From a virus: a DNA stretch of 64,000 nt. The translations under genes and the position numbers were made by a program. The DNA is taken from the IMG/VR virus record IMGVR_UViG_3300031952_000005, positions 1 to 64,000 of that record. One strand, written 5' to 3'. Position 1 is the first letter of the stretch. Each line of letters opens with the position of its first letter. Below, piece by piece: positions 18,358-27,387 of the stretch. The notes beneath the pieces are model-generated. The model was not told the origin of the DNA and did no database searches. It saw only the letters and a program-made list of their open reading frames with translations.

Positions 18358-20340
18358 ATGTCAATGGATTCACGTACAAAAAAGTTTTGGATTTACGACT
18401 ACGAAACAATTCAAAATTGTTTTGTTGCAGTGTTTACTGGATATTCTTCTAGTGATACACGAATCTTTGTAGTAAATAGAGATAGAAATGATTTGCCTGA
18501 CTTTCTTGATTTTTTAGATGATAACATTGCATATAAAGATTGGCATTTAGGATACAATAATCTTGCATTTGACGCTCAGATAACTGAATTTATATTAGAA
18601 AACAGAGATGAGTTATATCATTTATCATCTGATGATTTTACAGCAACAATTGCACAGTATGCAAGTTCTGTAATAGGAAAATCAAACAGAGGAGAGTGGT
18701 TAGATTATCCAGAATTTAAGTTATCTATTCCATGTCTTGACATATTCAAATTGAATCACTGGGATAGTATGGCAAAAAGATGTTCTCTGAAGTGGATACA
18801 GTTCTCAATGGATTGGTTTAGTGTAGAAGAAATGCCTCATCATTATACAGAACCAGTTCTTACTGATACAGTACTAGATTCTATTATTAGATATTGTATC
18901 AATGATGTTAGGTCTACTAAACAAATATTTGTTCTTAAAAATCCAAAAGGAGAACAAGTAATGGCAAGTCAAATTAATTTACGTGCTCAACTGAGTGCAG
19001 ATTATAACTTAAACTTGTATTCTGCTAGTGAACCACGTATTAGTAAAGAGATGTTTCTACACTTTTTGTCTCAGAAACTAGGAAAAGACAAGAAAGAAAT
19101 CAGAGTGATGAAGACAGAACGTGATAACGTGGTTGTCAGAAACATTATTTTACCAAGCATTGCATTTACAACACCAGAATTTACGGGTGTATTCAATTGG
19201 TTTAAAAGTCAAATAGTAAACACTACAATTGACATCGAACAAACAGAAACAAAAGGTCCTAAGTATAGAATGATGTACAAAGGAGTACCAACTGATTATG
19301 GTTTAGGTGGTCTGCATGGATGTATCAAATCTGGTATATACACTGCAGGTCATGGTAAAAAGATTTTATCTGCTGACGTTACTTCTTTTTATCCAAATCT
19401 TGCTATCAAAAACGAGTGGTCTCCTTTGCATATACCTAAGAAAGACTTTTGTGAATTGTACGAATGGTTCTTTGAAGAGAGAAAGAAATATCCAAAAACT
19501 TCTCCTTTGAATTACTTGTTCAAAATTATATTAAATTCTACTTATGGATTAAGTAAGCATAAGTATTCATTTTTGTATGATCCTGAATTTACTTTTAGAA
19601 TCACCATCAATGGTCAACTGCAACTGTCTATGCTGTATGAAATGATTGCCACTAGAATACCTAATGCGCAACCACTAATGCAAAATACAGATGGTTTGGA
19701 GTTCATTGTAGATGAAAAAGATGAAAAGTTATTTTATGAAATCTGTAAAGAGTGGGAAGAGTTGACATCTTTACAACTTGAAACAGTAGAATATGACAAA
19801 ATGATTATTGGCGATGTAAACAATTACATTGCAGTGTATACAGATGGAAAAACAAAATGCAAAGGTCGTTTTGAATTTGAAGAGTTGGCACTTCATAAGA
19901 ATAAATCTCATCTAATAATACCAAAAGCATTGCATGCCTATTTTATATATGGAAAAGAACCTCGAGAATTTCTACAAGAAAATAGAAACATCTTTGATTA
20001 CTGTGCTGGAGCAAAACTAAAAGGTAACTGGTTCTTTGAAAAAAGAGGAGTTATAGATGGTAAGTATACTGCAGAAAAGCTGCAGAAACTTGTTAGATAT
20101 TTTGTTTCTAATACAGGAGTAAAACTGATTAAGTGTAATCCAGATGGTCGCGAGATTCAACTAGAAAGTGGTAAACACATGCAAACAATATTTAATCTGT
20201 ATGAAAAAAAACCATGGGAGCAGTATGATGTAAATGAAAAGTATTATTTAAATAAGATCTATGATGAAATCCAAAAGATAGAAAAGTCATCTATCGTATT
20301 ACCTCAAGATAAATTAAATCAACAATTAAGTCTCTTTTAA
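18358..20340 (+). CDS. polB: Family B DNA polymerase with 3'-5' exonuclease
   Basis: ExoI YDYET, ExoII GYNNLAFD, ExoIII YCINDV; polymerase motifs DVTSFYP, KIILNSTYG, NTDG; C-terminal QLSLF. Confidence 0.95.
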   Translation: MSMDSRTKKFWIYDYETIQNCFVAVFTGYSSSDTRIFVVNRDRNDLPDFLDFLDDNIAYKDWHLGYNNLAFDAQITEFILENRDELYHLSSDDFTATIAQYASSVIGKSNRGEWLDYPEFKLSIPCLDIFKLNHWDSMAKRCSLKWIQFSMDWFSVEEMPHHYTEPVLTDTVLDSIIRYCINDVRSTKQIFVLKNPKGEQVMASQINLRAQLSADYNLNLYSASEPRISKEMFLHFLSQKLGKDKKEIRVMKTERDNVVVRNIILPSIAFTTPEFTGVFNWFKSQIVNTTIDIEQTETKGPKYRMMYKGVPTDYGLGGLHGCIKSGIYTAGHGKKILSADVTSFYPNLAIKNEWSPLHIPKKDFCELYEWFFEERKKYPKTSPLNYLFKIILNSTYGLSKHKYSFLYDPEFTFRITINGQLQLSMLYEMIATRIPNAQPLMQNTDGLEFIVDEKDEKLFYEICKEWEELTSLQLETVEYDKMIIGDVNNYIAVYTDGKTKCKGRFEFEELALHKNKSHLIIPKALHAYFIYGKEPREFLQENRNIFDYCAGAKLKGNWFFEKRGVIDGKYTAEKLQKLVRYFVSNTGVKLIKCNPDGREIQLESGKHMQTIFNLYEKKPWEQYDVNEKYYLNKIYDEIQKIEKSSIVLPQDKLNQQLSLF

Positions 20341-21144
20341 ATGAAAAGAACAGTAAATGGCATGATTGCCTATGGTAAAATGTTAAGTACAAAATTACCA
20401 GAAAGAACAAAAACGTATACTCCTATTTCTCACAAAGACGTTGTCAGTCGTGTGAGAACAGAAATTACTGCAGCAGGATATGTTATTACTGGCGAAGATT
20501 ACAAGTGCACTCAAGATGGCACTGTAGCAATTGGAAATTTTAAACTGAATTATAAAGCAGATCCAGATATTGAGTTGTCTGCAAACTTTATGAATTCATA
20601 TAATAAACAATATGCATTTAGATTCTCTCTAGGAGGATTGGTAAAAGTATGTATGAACGGTATGATGTTGTCAAACAGTAAGTTTGGTGCATATAAACGC
20701 GTTCACAAAGGAGCTGCAGATATACTTGCTGCTGGTAAAATAGCAGAGTTTATTAAAGATTCAGATGAATACTGGTCAACTTTAGTAGAACACAAAGAAA
20801 TGTTGAAAAGTCGCACTGTTACAAAACCAATTGCTTACATAATTCTTGGTAGATTATTCTTTGAACATGAACTATTAACTACTATGCAGTTAAACATGAT
20901 TAAGAAAGAAATAGAAAAACCAAGTTTTGAGTATAACGCAGATCTTGATAGTGCATGGGTGTTATATAATCACATCACTCTTGCATTAAAAGAAGCACAT
21001 CCTTCTACCTGGATGGATGATCAAGTAAAAATGCATGATGTATTTTGTGAAACATTTGGTATTAATACTTCTGATGGAGAAGATGAAGAAGACATATTGA
21101 TGGATATTTTAGAAGAAGAACTTGTAGATGATTTACCATTTTAA
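20341..21144 (+). CDS. DUF932-like protein
   Basis: TYTPISH, NSYNK, VCMNGM, AWVLYNHIT..LK; ends in DDLPF. Confidence 0.75.
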   Translation: MKRTVNGMIAYGKMLSTKLPERTKTYTPISHKDVVSRVRTEITAAGYVITGEDYKCTQDGTVAIGNFKLNYKADPDIELSANFMNSYNKQYAFRFSLGGLVKVCMNGMMLSNSKFGAYKRVHKGAADILAAGKIAEFIKDSDEYWSTLVEHKEMLKSRTVTKPIAYIILGRLFFEHELLTTMQLNMIKKEIEKPSFEYNADLDSAWVLYNHITLALKEAHPSTWMDDQVKMHDVFCETFGINTSDGEDEEDILMDILEEELVDDLPF

Positions 21145-21150
21145 ATTAAT

Positions 21151-21172
21151 TGGGGAGTGTAAAAGCTCCCCA
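21151..21172 (+). terminator. GC-rich hairpin after DUF932
   Basis: TGGGGAG-tgtaaaag-CTCCCCA; the U-tract is weak. Confidence 0.55.
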
Positions 21173-21186
21173 TAAATTATATTACT

Positions 21187-21342
21187 ATGAAAGATTTTAT
21201 AACCATTCAGTATGCTAAAATCTGTGTAAGATTTAGTAATTCAGAACTTGACAAAAAAGAGATACTAAGAAGGTATCTTAAACGTTACCACAATATAAAC
21301 ATTAGTAAAACATGTATTAACAATAGATTTAGAGAATCATGA
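21187..21342 (+). CDS. Unannotated 51-aa basic protein (MKDFITIQYAK...NNRFRES)
   Basis: Translated by hand; its TGA overlaps (ATGA) the start of the kinase remnant. Confidence 0.6.
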   Translation: MKDFITIQYAKICVRFSNSELDKKEILRRYLKRYHNINISKTCINNRFRES

Positions 21343-21389
21343 TAATAGGTATTAACGGTAAAATTGGGAGTGGTAAGTTTGCATATTAG
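21339..21389 (+). pseudogene. Orphaned original 5' end of the dNMP kinase (MIIGINGKIGSGK-FAY*)
   Basis: The first 13 codons parallel the start of 21990..22778 (MIIAIGGKIASGK) and break right after the P-loop Lys. Confidence 0.85.
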
Positions 21390-21408
21390 ATGTATATTTT
21401 AGTTTTAA

Positions 21409-21440
21409 TTTGCATTTTTAAATTTTTATATTTAAGTTTG
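21409..21440 (+). promoter_or_regulatory. Bacteroidota-type promoter within the HNH insert
   Basis: TTTG (21409-21412), 20 nt, TAAGTTTG (21433-21440). Confidence 0.65.
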
Positions 21441-21459
21441 AAACTTAAACATAAGTATT

Positions 21460-21993
21460 ATGAAAGAACAATGGAAAGATATACCTGGACATGAAGGTGT
21501 TTATCAAATAAGTAACTTAAGTAAAGTAAAAAGATTAAAAGGAAAATGTTTAGCAAAAGCTGGTAAGTATAGAAATATTTCTGAAAATATACTTACTGCT
21601 TTTCCTAATAAAGCTAGATACAATTATTTATATATTAACTTAAATAATAATGGATTAAAACAATTTAGATTACATAGATTAGTTGCTCTAGTTTTTATAC
21701 CTAATCCTGATAATTTACCAGAAGTAAACCACATTGATGGTAATAAAGAAAACAATTGTATAACAAATTTAGAATGGTGTACTAATTTAGAAAATATAAA
21801 ACATTCCTATAAAATAGGAACTCATAAAATTAGAAAGAATGATGATGCGCCAAATACTAAATTAAATAGTAAACAAGTTATGGAAATAAGAAAAAAACTT
21901 CAAGAAGGATCTTCAGGTAGAAGTTTATCTAAAGAATATAATATAAGTGAAGGAATGATTTCATTAATTAAAAATAATAAATACTGGACATGA
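21460..21993 (+). mobile_element. NUMOD4-HNH homing endonuclease
   Basis: WKDIPGHEGVYQISN (NUMOD4); HRLVA..FIPNP...VNHIDGNKENN..NLEW (HNH); C-terminal HTH. Confidence 0.93.
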
Positions 21994-22778
21994 TAATAGC
22001 AATTGGAGGCAAAATTGCTTCAGGAAAAAATAATGTATGTGAGATTATACAGGATTTATGTAAAAAACACAAAGGACCATCTTTTGAACAAAAAGCTTTT
22101 GCAGGAAAGTTAAAAACAATTGCATCTTTACTTACAGGTATTCCTGTAGAGAGTTTTGAAGACCAAGAGTTTAAGAAAGCATTGTTAGGACCTGAATGGG
22201 GAACTGTAAGAACTAATCCTCTTAACGCAATTCCTGTGTTTGGAGATGTAAAGTTTCTTCATATGATGTCTGTAAGAGAATTTCTTCAAAAACTAGGCAC
22301 AGAGGCAATGCGTGATGGATTACATAAAAATGTATGGGTGAATGCTTTGTTTGCTGATTATACAAAACGTATTGTACATTATCCTTTAACAGAGGAACAA
22401 ATTGAATATAATAATAAACAAACAGGTCCTGTACCAAGCGTAAATGAAAAATTAGATTATCCTAACTGGGTTATTACAGACATGAGATTTCCTAATGAAA
22501 TGGATGCTGTAGAAGAAAGAAAAGGTATTACTATTAGAGTGGTACGTTACCCAGAAACAATAGAACAATCAAGAGGTCCAAAAAATGTTGAGACTATTTT
22601 ATTTGATCCAACAAATCAAAAACATATGGATTTATGGAAAGCAAATTGTTTAAGAATGCATCCCTCAGAAACAGCTTTAGATGATGCTAAGTTTGATTAT
22701 GAAATAATCAATGATGGTACAATGGAAAAACTTGTACATAAAGTGCGAGAAATTCTTATAAAAGAAAATATAATATGA
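21990..22778 (+). CDS. Deoxynucleoside monophosphate kinase
   Basis: P-loop GKIASGK, FAGKLK, REFLQKLGTE, VWV, ITDMRFPNE, HPSE. Confidence 0.92.
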   Translation: MIIAIGGKIASGKNNVCEIIQDLCKKHKGPSFEQKAFAGKLKTIASLLTGIPVESFEDQEFKKALLGPEWGTVRTNPLNAIPVFGDVKFLHMMSVREFLQKLGTEAMRDGLHKNVWVNALFADYTKRIVHYPLTEEQIEYNNKQTGPVPSVNEKLDYPNWVITDMRFPNEMDAVEERKGITIRVVRYPETIEQSRGPKNVETILFDPTNQKHMDLWKANCLRMHPSETALDDAKFDYEIINDGTMEKLVHKVREILIKENII

Positions 22779-23572
22779 AAAAAGAAAAAAATAATAAAAA
22801 AAGACGTACTTTTTGTGTTGGTGACATTCACGGTAATTATCGTGCACTCTTACAATGTCTTGAGAGATCAGGATTTGATAAAGAAAATGACAAACTAATA
22901 TCACTTGGTGATATTGCAGATGGTTGGAGCGAAGTTTCTGAGTGTGTTGACACTTTGCTATCAATTAAAAATTTAGTTGCCATACGAGGCAACCATGATG
23001 TTTGGTGTTATGACTGGTTTGAATATGGTAGAACACCTCTTATTTGGACAGAACAAGGTGGTAAAGCAACTATGTCAGGTTATGTACGTACAGGTAAACT
23101 AGTAGAACAATCACATAAAGATTTTTGGAAAAATCAAATCGATTGGTACATAGATGATGAAAACAGATTGTTCATACATGCTGGATGGGGTTATACATTA
23201 AGACCAATTGAGCTTAGTATTGGAGATGTTTCTGACAGAAAATTATTTGAACTACAAGCAAAAACTTCAGTTAATGCAGGAAGTATTGCAAAAGAATGTC
23301 ACTGGGACAGAAGTTTACTAATGGGTGCAAAATTTGCATTTGGTAACAAGATGACAAAAAATGGTAAGTTCAAAGCACTAGAAGAGTTTAAAGAAGTGTA
23401 CATTGGACATACTGCAGAAAATGATGGTCCTAACCAGTATGGTAATCTATGGAATCTAGATACAGGAGCTGGATGGAATGGTAAACTTACAATAATGGAT
23501 GTTGACACAAAAGAGTTTTGGCAATCTGACTTTGCTACTCTGTTGTATCTAGATGAACGAGGAAGAGGATAA
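22775..23572 (+). CDS. PPP-family Ser/Thr phosphatase-like metallophosphoesterase (lambda NinI-like)
   Basis: GDIHG, LGD, RGNHD, HAG, WDR, GHT, LDTGA. Confidence 0.9.
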   Translation: MKKEKNNKKRRTFCVGDIHGNYRALLQCLERSGFDKENDKLISLGDIADGWSEVSECVDTLLSIKNLVAIRGNHDVWCYDWFEYGRTPLIWTEQGGKATMSGYVRTGKLVEQSHKDFWKNQIDWYIDDENRLFIHAGWGYTLRPIELSIGDVSDRKLFELQAKTSVNAGSIAKECHWDRSLLMGAKFAFGNKMTKNGKFKALEEFKEVYIGHTAENDGPNQYGNLWNLDTGAGWNGKLTIMDVDTKEFWQSDFATLLYLDERGRG

Positions 23573-23575
23573 ATA

Positions 23576-23603
23576 GAAAAACCCCCAGGAATGGGGGTCT
23601 TTC
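23576..23603. terminator. Hairpin at the convergence of the early and late arms (probably bidirectional)
   Basis: GAAAAACCCCCA-ggaa-TGGGGGTCTTTC. Confidence 0.8.
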
Positions 23604-23646
23604 AACAGAAGAGAGAAGAAATCAACTAATTAAAAAAACAGTTGTT

Positions 23647-24066
23647 TTATATTTTCGCAAGTTGGAAGTGCATAGGATCAGTTCTACCTTTCCAAGATCC
23701 ACCCCAGTCAAACCCTGCATCTGTAAAACATTTAACAAAACCAGGTGTTAGTTTTGGTATTTGATTGAGTTGGTTCTCAAAAGCATTAATATCTACTGCA
23801 ATACCCCATGAGTGTAATGACATAGAAGTGAGTGCTCTCTTTTTTCTTATGTTAAAACAACCATCCCATGTTTTTATTTCTTTTACATATCCTGTTGCAA
23901 TAAGATTTTTAAATGCTTGTCCAAGAGGAGCAACCATGTCTTTGTTACAATAAATTCTTTTAGGTATCAAACCTATTTCCAATTCACTTGGTACATCCCA
24001 TACAATCATACTACGTTCTAATGTTGGATCACCATACTTTTTTAATGCTTGTGCACTTGTTACCAT
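23647..24066 (-). CDS. Endolysin, peptidase M15 family
   Basis: FNIRKKR...SLHSWGIAVDIN...WGGSW...DPMHFQ; start at MVTSAQ (TAATG overlap). Confidence 0.9.
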   Translation of the reverse strand: MVTSAQALKKYGDPTLERSMIVWDVPSELEIGLIPKRIYCNKDMVAPLGQAFKNLIATGYVKEIKTWDGCFNIRKKRALTSMSLHSWGIAVDINAFENQLNQIPKLTPGFVKCFTDAGFDWGGSWKGRTDPMHFQLAKI

Positions 24067-25085
24067 TATTTCTTTAAGTATTTTACCCACACTGCTTCAG
24101 ATGCTTTTGAATTTTTAGAAAGTAGGTGTTTATTAATAAATTTTAATGTTGTAGCAATTCTTAATGTAGTTTTAATTGTATCTTTTATTTCCTTTGCATC
24201 TTTAGTTACATTTACTTGTGAAAGTGAACTTACAAAAGAAATTTCTTTACAAGTAACAATAGGAATTTCTTGATTTACAAAATCTGCAGCTACTATATTG
24301 TATGTTTCTGACAAAGATACTTGTAATCCAATGTCCATTTTGGATACCAGATAAATAAATTCACTGTGATTTAACCACCCATGTTCTACAAGAGTGTGTT
24401 TTGTATCTTTGAATAACGCTTTTATATTTTTAAGACCATTCTGACCATCTTGTTCTACTCTACTAGAGTTAATATGAAAATTTAAAACTTTGTTTTTTTC
24501 ATTTGCATATATTATAGCAGCAACTGTTTGTGTTAAACCATTTTTCAGTGGTCTGATTGCTCCAAATAGTCCAATATTAATAACTTTATCATTTTTAACT
24601 TTACAGTTACCTCCAACAGGTTTACTAATAGGATAGTAATTTGGTAAATAATCTATTTTACCAATTAATGGCGTCATAGACTCTATAAAATATTTAGAAT
24701 TAGAACTTATAATAACATTAGAATACTTAATATATTCTCTTAACCATTCCATTGCAACACCTTCGTTTGCTATAAAAGGAAGTTCAGAATGTAATCTAAT
24801 AATCCATTTTACTTTTGGATGTAATTTTTGCAATACTTCAAATTTACTAGGTACTACCCATAGTGCCTCAATTATGACAATATCAGGTTTGTTCTCAGTA
24901 ACATGTTTATTAATTTCATTATTATCTAGTACTTCAATAATCTTTGTGTCAATGCAATTTTTTAAAAGCATGTCATTTACAAAATTTGCAGAGTTAAACA
25001 ATCCACTACTTGTAGTAGAATAACTAGTGTTAGAATAAATCTGTCTTTTTTTAAGAATGAATAAAACTTTTTTTGCAGTTTTCAT
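24066..25085 (-). CDS. GT-B fold (GT4-like) glycosyltransferase
   Basis: KPDIVIIE, GAIRPLKN, SETYNIVAAD..IPIV; start at MKTAKK. Confidence 0.75.
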   Translation of the reverse strand: MKTAKKVLFILKKRQIYSNTSYSTTSSGLFNSANFVNDMLLKNCIDTKIIEVLDNNEINKHVTENKPDIVIIEALWVVPSKFEVLQKLHPKVKWIIRLHSELPFIANEGVAMEWLREYIKYSNVIISSNSKYFIESMTPLIGKIDYLPNYYPISKPVGGNCKVKNDKVINIGLFGAIRPLKNGLTQTVAAIIYANEKNKVLNFHINSSRVEQDGQNGLKNIKALFKDTKHTLVEHGWLNHSEFIYLVSKMDIGLQVSLSETYNIVAADFVNQEIPIVTCKEISFVSSLSQVNVTKDAKEIKDTIKTTLRIATTLKFINKHLLSKNSKASEAVWVKYLKK

Positions 25086-25086
25086 A

Positions 25087-25716
25087 TTATTGTTGTTTTC
25101 TAAATGATATTTTCCAATATGCTCCAACACCATAAGTAAATGTACCATCAAAGTTAATTCCTATATTTGCTTGGTATATCTGATCTTTTTTAGTCTTGTA
25201 TAATATTCCAGGAGTCAATAATTGCAAAGCGTTTTTATTACCAAATAAATTGCCTCCTACATAAAACTGACGTACAGGATCTTTTTCTTTTGTTATTACC
25301 ACTGTTTTTGTGACAGTAGGTATTTTTATGTTTGTAGTGTATGTTCTTTTACCAAGTTTGTTTAACCATACAGTGTCTATTACTGTTACAGTACCAAGAC
25401 TATCTATTTTTAATGTGTCTTGATATACTCTTCTTGCAATATGTTGTTTAAGTAAGTAACCAAATCTTGCATTACAAGTGTCTATATCACTACTTTGAGT
25501 GTATTGTGGACCCTTTGGTTTTATATAAACAAATGTTTTTACTGGTACTTTTTTAATGACAGTATCAATAACATTTTTATATACAGTGTCAATCTGTATG
25601 ATAACTTCTGGTTTATTATCAATTATTATTGGACTATTACATGATCTTTGTAATACAATAATTGCTATTAAAATTCCAATAACTATTAAATTAAAAAAAG
25701 ATTTTATTTGTTTCAT
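25087..25716 (-). CDS. Membrane-anchored lysis-cassette protein, possible spanin
   Basis: N-terminal TM followed by Cys, DTV repeats, C-terminal amphipathic beta strands (..YGVGAYWKISF); adjacent to the holin. Confidence 0.55.
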   Translation of the reverse strand: MKQIKSFFNLIVIGILIAIIVLQRSCNSPIIIDNKPEVIIQIDTVYKNVIDTVIKKVPVKTFVYIKPKGPQYTQSSDIDTCNARFGYLLKQHIARRVYQDTLKIDSLGTVTVIDTVWLNKLGKRTYTTNIKIPTVTKTVVITKEKDPVRQFYVGGNLFGNKNALQLLTPGILYKTKKDQIYQANIGINFDGTFTYGVGAYWKISFRKQQ

Positions 25717-25720
25717 TGTG

Positions 25721-26158
25721 TTATATTTTTATTTCATCAATATCATGTCTGACTTCTTTTGCTCTGCTTAATACATTTTTTACAATACGCCATATTTTTA
25801 TTTTAAGTGCTGCTTCTACATTTTCTTTAATTGAAGTTCCTTCTATTAAAATTATTACAATACATGCAAGTTTTGTTGCAAAATAAGTAACTGATATTAA
25901 TTCCAGTAACAAATCATTTAACAAAAACTTGTCTATTGGAAACAATAATAAAATACACATTTCATACAGTAACATTTTACTAATTATGTTAGAAAGAGTT
26001 CTGCTTCTTATGGAAGACCATCCTTGCAATTTTACAGATTTAAAAACTCCTGTAAAAGTATCTAACATTACAATTAATCCAACCGCAATCACCAGTCCTT
26101 GAATAGGTGTAAAAAAAAGTAATAACCCTGCAAAAGCATTTAGTAAATACGTTTTCAT
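25721..26158 (-). CDS. Holin (phage holin 4-like)
   Basis: Three TM segments; LDTFTGV..S, SK...Y, E..SIKEN motifs. Confidence 0.8.
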   Translation of the reverse strand: MKTYLLNAFAGLLLFFTPIQGLVIAVGLIVMLDTFTGVFKSVKLQGWSSIRSRTLSNIISKMLLYEMCILLLFPIDKFLLNDLLLELISVTYFATKLACIVIILIEGTSIKENVEAALKIKIWRIVKNVLSRAKEVRHDIDEIKI

Positions 26159-26313
26159 GAATAAAAATATTAATATATAATAAAAAGTAACTTATTGTCT
26201 TCATTATTAATATACTAAAAACTTTAAAATTATCCTTACAATTAACTAAATATTTAATTTTTATTTTTGATATTTGTAGTCCTTCTTGAAAAATTAACTA
26301 ATCTAGTAATTAT

Positions 26314-26553
26314 ATGAAAAAAATATTTGAACAATTTAAAAATATGTTAGTAGTGCATCCTAAATACAAAGGATATGTATGTGGATATACTGATTCGCAT
26401 GTTATTCTAGCAGTAGAAACAGATGACAAAAATTTCTTTAGAAAAATGCAAAATCCAACTATCATGGATGAGTATAAAGATGTAAAATACAGATATGTAT
26501 TTGAAGATGAACGTGAACTAATAAAACAATTTAACAATGACATACCCCAGTAA
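26314..26553 (+). CDS. Hypothetical protein
   Basis: ORF track; first of three coupled + strand genes. Confidence 0.65.
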   Translation: MKKIFEQFKNMLVVHPKYKGYVCGYTDSHVILAVETDDKNFFRKMQNPTIMDEYKDVKYRYVFEDERELIKQFNNDIPQ

Positions 26554-26731
26554 AAGATTAACATTGCAAACTAAACTTTTGATATGCGAATTTAAAGAAA
26601 AGTATCCATCAGTACCCGATGAACTTATTTCAGAAATATTACAACTTGAAATTCCATCTTTAAAAAAGTTTTTTAATGATGAGTACATTGTTGTACCATC
26701 AAAAATGAATAACACAAAAAATAAAATATGA
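26537..26731 (+). CDS. Small hypothetical protein, possibly DNA-binding
   Basis: ORF track; ATGA overlap with the next gene. Confidence 0.55.
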   Translation: MTYPSKRLTLQTKLLICEFKEKYPSVPDELISEILQLEIPSLKKFFNDEYIVVPSKMNNTKNKI

Positions 26732-27348
26732 AAGACTTTTATGATCATCTTGTCAAGAATGAAATAACTCCAAATGGATTATTTGTATTACATTGCATTT
26801 ATAAAAATTATAGTTATTTAAACTATATCAATACAGCAACAGAATTGTACAGATTACAATTACATGACTATGTTGCTAAAAAGGAAAATGAGTTTGGTAG
26901 TTCTTATTTAATTACTACTAAAGGATTACATCTTCTAAAAGAATCAGAAGACATTATACTTCGTAACAAAAGAATTAAAAAGAATGAAGTTCCATTCGAA
27001 GACTGGCAGGAAAAAATTATTGCATACAATAACCATTTTCCAAAAGGTAAGAAAGAAGGTTCTTCGGTAAGTTTCAGAGCAAATCCAAAAGAACTGTACG
27101 ACAAATTTAAATGGTTTTTTGCAGAATATTCCGATTATGACTGGGACATGGTGTTTAAAGCAGTTGCAGAATATGTAAAACCATTTGATGAAACATCTGA
27201 TTATCAGTACATGCAAACTTCTAAATATTTTATCAAGAAAGAAGACAAAAATAGAACTACTACTTCTACATTAGGCACAATGTGTTATAATATAACAGAA
27301 GGTAACCTTGAACAAGTTTCTGACAACTACAAATACTTTGGTGACTAA
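26728..27348 (+). CDS. Putative winged-helix DNA-binding protein
   Basis: N-terminal helices with a YLITTKG wing; FP..K..G and YMQTSKYFI motifs. Confidence 0.55.
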   Translation: MKDFYDHLVKNEITPNGLFVLHCIYKNYSYLNYINTATELYRLQLHDYVAKKENEFGSSYLITTKGLHLLKESEDIILRNKRIKKNEVPFEDWQEKIIAYNNHFPKGKKEGSSVSFRANPKELYDKFKWFFAEYSDYDWDMVFKAVAEYVKPFDETSDYQYMQTSKYFIKKEDKNRTTTSTLGTMCYNITEGNLEQVSDNYKYFGD

Positions 27349-27358
27349 TAAAAAATAT

Positions 27359-27383
27359 AAGGGGGTTATTACACCCCCTTTAT
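27359..27383. terminator. Bidirectional terminator
   Basis: AAGGGGGT-tattac-ACCCCCTT flanked by A and T tracts between convergent genes. Confidence 0.8.
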
Positions 27384-27387
27384 TCTT

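Noticed and set aside
21339-21993. Group I intron or intein in the kinase
   Set aside because: Only about 80 nt of AT-rich non-coding sequence is present, there is no room for a ribozyme core, there are no intein terminal residues, and the downstream gene has a complete start of its own.
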